A DNA stretch of 63,989 bases, the filler included, from an uncultured bacterium (GTDB taxonomy: Bacteria; Hinthialibacterota; Hinthialibacteria; Hinthialibacterales; Hinthialibacteraceae): assembly GCA_964449065.1 (NCBI GenBank). It is 8 parts of 8 records of this genome, joined end to end, with 100 filler letters (N's around TTAATTAATTAA, not from the genome) between each part and the next. Parts side by side here need not be neighbours in the genome. Positions count along the whole stretch, not along the records: positions 58,117 to 63,989 come from CAYVAZ010000326.1; 7 more parts are not named here. One strand, written 5' to 3'. A program made the translations under genes and the position numbers. The stretch's first letter is position 1. Every line of letters starts with the position of its first letter. The notes under the pieces are model-generated. The model did no database searches. It was not told where the DNA came from and was given only the letters and a program-made list of their open reading frames with translations. This document shows, piece after piece, positions 61,379 through 63,989 of this stretch.

Positions 61379-61461
61379 TCCAGGGGGTAGGATTTGAACC
61401 TACGTACTCGTACGAGAACGGATTTACAGTCCGTCGCCTTTAACCACTCGGCCACCCCTGG
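61379..61461 (-). tRNA. tRNA-Tyr(GUA) with C1:G72, A73 and long variable arm
   Basis: CCAGGGG TG GCCGAGTGGTTAAAGGC G ACGGA CTGTAAA TCCGT TCTCGTACGAGTAC GTAGG TTCAAAT CCTAC CCCCTGG A; no encoded CCA. Confidence 0.96.
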
Positions 61462-61496
61462 ATTTTGGATATGCCGGTTAAAATCCTGAAACAATC

Positions 61497-61525
61497 AGTA
61501 TATTTACAAAGCCTAAAAGTTTCAA
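61497..61525 (-). promoter_or_regulatory. sigma-70 promoter for tRNA-Tyr-tyrS
   Basis: TTGAAA-N17-TATACT on the minus strand, 35 nt upstream of the tRNA. Confidence 0.65.
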
Positions 61526-61600
61526 CTGGTGGAGTATTTTCTTTGGCAATCCCGGATTGTCAAGCCGAAGGTTTATCCAACGGCTTACGTGGCGGTTTAT

Positions 61601-61629
61601 GTGACAATCCGGGAATTGGTGACTATACT
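61601..61629 (+). promoter_or_regulatory. divergent sigma-70 promoter candidate
   Basis: GTGACA-N17-TATACT upstream of the NtrC-family gene. Confidence 0.5.
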
Positions 61630-61666
61630 GCCAGTAGATCCAAACCGAACGTGAAACGGCAACAAT

Positions 61667-63055
61667 ATGAGTAACGTAGACCGCGGAAAAATATTGGTCG
61701 TTGATGACGAAAAGGGCATGTGCCACATCCTGAACCGCATGCTGACCGACGAGGGCTATGACGTGCAAACCGCCGTTTGCGGCGAGGACGCGCTGAAGAT
61801 TTTGGAGAAAAACACCTTCGATGCCGCCATGGTGGATATCCGCATGCCGGGGATGAGCGGGCTGGATTTGTTGGAGCATATCCATAGGGATTCGCCGGAT
61901 ACATCGGTGGTGATGATGACCGCGTTCGGCACCATTGAAACCGCCGTCAACGCCATGAAACGCGGGGCGTATGAATACATCACCAAGCCGTTCAACAACG
62001 ATGAAGTCATTCACATATTGAACAACGCGCTGGAGCGCAAGCAGCTCATCGACCGCAACCGCTACCTCACCGAAACGCTGGAAGAACGGCATCAGCTTTC
62101 GGGGATCATCGGGCAGAGCGATGCCATGCAGTCCTGCTTCCGCATGGTGGAAAAGGTGGCCCCGACCGGCAGCACGGTTTTGATTCTGGGAGAAAGCGGC
62201 ACTGGAAAAGAACTCTTCGCGCGCGCGATCCATCAGCATTCCAACCGCAAGGATGAGAAATTCATGGCGGTAAACTGCGGCGCCCTGCCCCGCGACCTGA
62301 TCGAAAGTGAACTATTCGGGCATGAGAAGGGGGCGTTTTCCGGAGCGCATAAACGCAAGATCGGGCTAATGGAATCGGCGCATAAGGGGACCATCTTTCT
62401 GGATGAAATCGGTGATCTGCCGCTGGAACTGCAAGTAAAACTTTTGCGCGTACTGGAATCGCACGAAGTACGCCGGGTCGGCAGTGTGGAACCCATCACT
62501 ATTGACGCGCGCGTGGTGGCCGCCACCAACCGCGATTTGCAGGATGATGTGCAATCCGGCACCTTCCGTGAGGATTTGTTCTTTCGCCTGTCGATTGTGG
62601 ATATCAGCATCCCGCCATTGCGCGAACGGAAGGATGACATCCCGGTATTGATCGACTATTTTATCGAAAAATTCAATGACAAGATGAACCGCAGCGTGAC
62701 CGGGATATCCGAAGAGGTAATGCGTGCGTTTATGCAGCATCACTGGCCTGGCAATGTGCGCGAACTGGAAAATGTAGTGCAGCGCTGCATGGTGCTGCGC
62801 GAATCGGGAGTGGTTCAACTGGAAGATTTGCCGTCATCCATCAAAGCGTCGCAGGAAACCGAGGCCCCGCTGGACATTGACCCTCAAGCCATCTCGCTGC
62901 AGGAAGCGCGGGAAGCGTTTGAGAAGAAGTACCTCAAAAAACTGCTGGAAATGAATGATGGGAATGTCACGCAATCCGCCCAACTCGCGGGCATCAGCCG
63001 GCGGCACTTGCAGGAATTGATGAAAAAGTACGGTCTGCGCCCGAAAGATGAGTGA
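61667..63055 (+). CDS. NtrC-family sigma-54 response regulator
   Basis: REC (VVDDE, DIRMP), GESGTGKE, GAFSGA, FLDEIG, WPGNVREL, Fis-type HTH. Confidence 0.95.
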   Translation: MSNVDRGKILVVDDEKGMCHILNRMLTDEGYDVQTAVCGEDALKILEKNTFDAAMVDIRMPGMSGLDLLEHIHRDSPDTSVVMMTAFGTIETAVNAMKRGAYEYITKPFNNDEVIHILNNALERKQLIDRNRYLTETLEERHQLSGIIGQSDAMQSCFRMVEKVAPTGSTVLILGESGTGKELFARAIHQHSNRKDEKFMAVNCGALPRDLIESELFGHEKGAFSGAHKRKIGLMESAHKGTIFLDEIGDLPLELQVKLLRVLESHEVRRVGSVEPITIDARVVAATNRDLQDDVQSGTFREDLFFRLSIVDISIPPLRERKDDIPVLIDYFIEKFNDKMNRSVTGISEEVMRAFMQHHWPGNVRELENVVQRCMVLRESGVVQLEDLPSSIKASQETEAPLDIDPQAISLQEAREAFEKKYLKKLLEMNDGNVTQSAQLAGISRRHLQELMKKYGLRPKDE

Positions 63056-63059
63056 TGAA

Positions 63060-63473
63060 TTATGAACACCAGTTCTCAACTTGAAGGTTTGTAATGCGGC
63101 GAAAATGAGATTCGTTGTTTGTTACGATAACCAAATCATGTGTGATAGCAGTAGCGGCAATTAAAATATCAGCATCACCAACCAATTCACCTCTACGATA
63201 AAGATCTGAGTATATTTTGGCTGCTTCTATGATGGTGGAGTCGGACAAGGGTATGATGCGGCTTGTAGAGCATAATTTATCAAACAATTCTTGTTGTTTG
63301 ATTGCTTCTTTGGCAAGCAGCCCCCGGTAGATTTCGTATTTTGTAATAATGGAAAAAGTAAACCGGCTGTAATCGTTTAAATAGGATTGAGCATTGTCTA
63401 ATACAATGGGGTTTTTACGCATTACCAGCGACAAAATGTCCGTATCAAGCATCACTGGCGCAAGTTTTGTCAT
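63060..63473 (-). CDS. vapC: VapC PIN-domain toxin
   Basis: MLDTDIL, DILIAATA, VTNNESHF..I..L.VENW. Confidence 0.92.
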   Translation of the reverse strand: MTKLAPVMLDTDILSLVMRKNPIVLDNAQSYLNDYSRFTFSIITKYEIYRGLLAKEAIKQQELFDKLCSTSRIIPLSDSTIIEAAKIYSDLYRRGELVGDADILIAATAITHDLVIVTNNESHFRRITNLQVENWCS

Positions 63474-63712
63474 GGAGCAATCCTTTTGTCAAAGAAATTT
63501 TCACGCCTTTGAATATGTTGTTCAATCGCATCAATCTCATCTTCGCTGAGACCTTCATAAACTTGCGTGGCTAAAGAAAGTACATTGTCTTGTTTTTCCA
63601 ATGGTTCTACTACAATACGTACCTTTTGCCCTTCTTCAAGAGTGATACTCTCAGGAGTAACCGGGCGAAAACCACCATGCTCATAGACAGCTTCGATTGT
63701 TTCTGTTGTCAT
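63470..63712 (-). CDS. AF2212/DUF104-like antitoxin
   Basis: TIEAVYEHGGFRP...LEEGQKVRIVV; 4-nt overlap with vapC. Confidence 0.85.
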   Translation of the reverse strand: MTTETIEAVYEHGGFRPVTPESITLEEGQKVRIVVEPLEKQDNVLSLATQVYEGLSEDEIDAIEQHIQRRENFFDKRIAP

Positions 63713-63770
63713 TTTTTTACCTCATAATATTTAGATTATCCAGGCTAAACGACTTGAATCAAGAGATAAC

Positions 63771-63945
63771 TCACCGCTGGTAGACACATACTTTTCCCAC
63801 CATGCGCCGAGCCATTTCCTCTTTACTAAGGAGCATGTCCGACATCTTCTCACTGATGTGCAAAGCGAAGCAGCGCTTAACCGCCACAGCCGTCACCTCT
63901 TCCAAAACCCTTCCTCTTCAAGAAAATCATCGGAACGGAACGTGT
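63771..63945 (-). pseudogene. degraded XRE/HigA-like antitoxin remnant
   Basis: Frameshifted pieces DDFLEEEG / LEEVTAVAVKR...LSKEEMARRM. Confidence 0.5.
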
Positions 63946-63989
63946 CAAGAGTTATGAGACACCTCTTTGTCGAAATTAACGAGCAATTC

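Noticed and set aside
61379..61461. Suppressor or recoding tRNA
   Set aside because: The anticodon is the standard GUA, and no systematic in-frame stop readthrough is evident in intact genes

Overview
The window is not one locus. It joins eight ~8-kb contigs (1-8258, 8359-16605, 16706-24931, 25032-33215, 33316-41496, 41597-49762, 49863-58016, 58117-63989) with artificial N44-TTAATTAATTAA-N44 spacers, as in a length-sorted MAG. Contigs 1 and 3 look Bacteroidota-like (T9SS cargo, TonB receptor, IS4, sulfatase/glycosidase cluster). The other six look like a different, higher-GC bacterium with expanded pseudopilins, DUF1552, an xVxxWxLF C-terminal motif and abundant MITE/REP repeats, suggesting a Hinthialibacter/Sumerlaeota-like lineage (inference). 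The standout is a promoter-tRNA-Tyr-tyrS unit (60179-61525, minus strand). An archaeal, Thermococcales-like TyrRS lies 45 nt downstream of a tRNA-Tyr(GUA) that keeps a bacterial long variable arm but carries the archaeal/eukaryotic C1:G72 identity pair. Also notable: an NsrR-boxed truncated-haemoglobin/reductase pair, an Rpn nuclease with an internal antitoxin start, a Rok-like nucleoid protein candidate, a chimeric glycosidase gene, several decaying TA/Abi modules and a modular MITE family. No CRISPR array or rRNA was seen.
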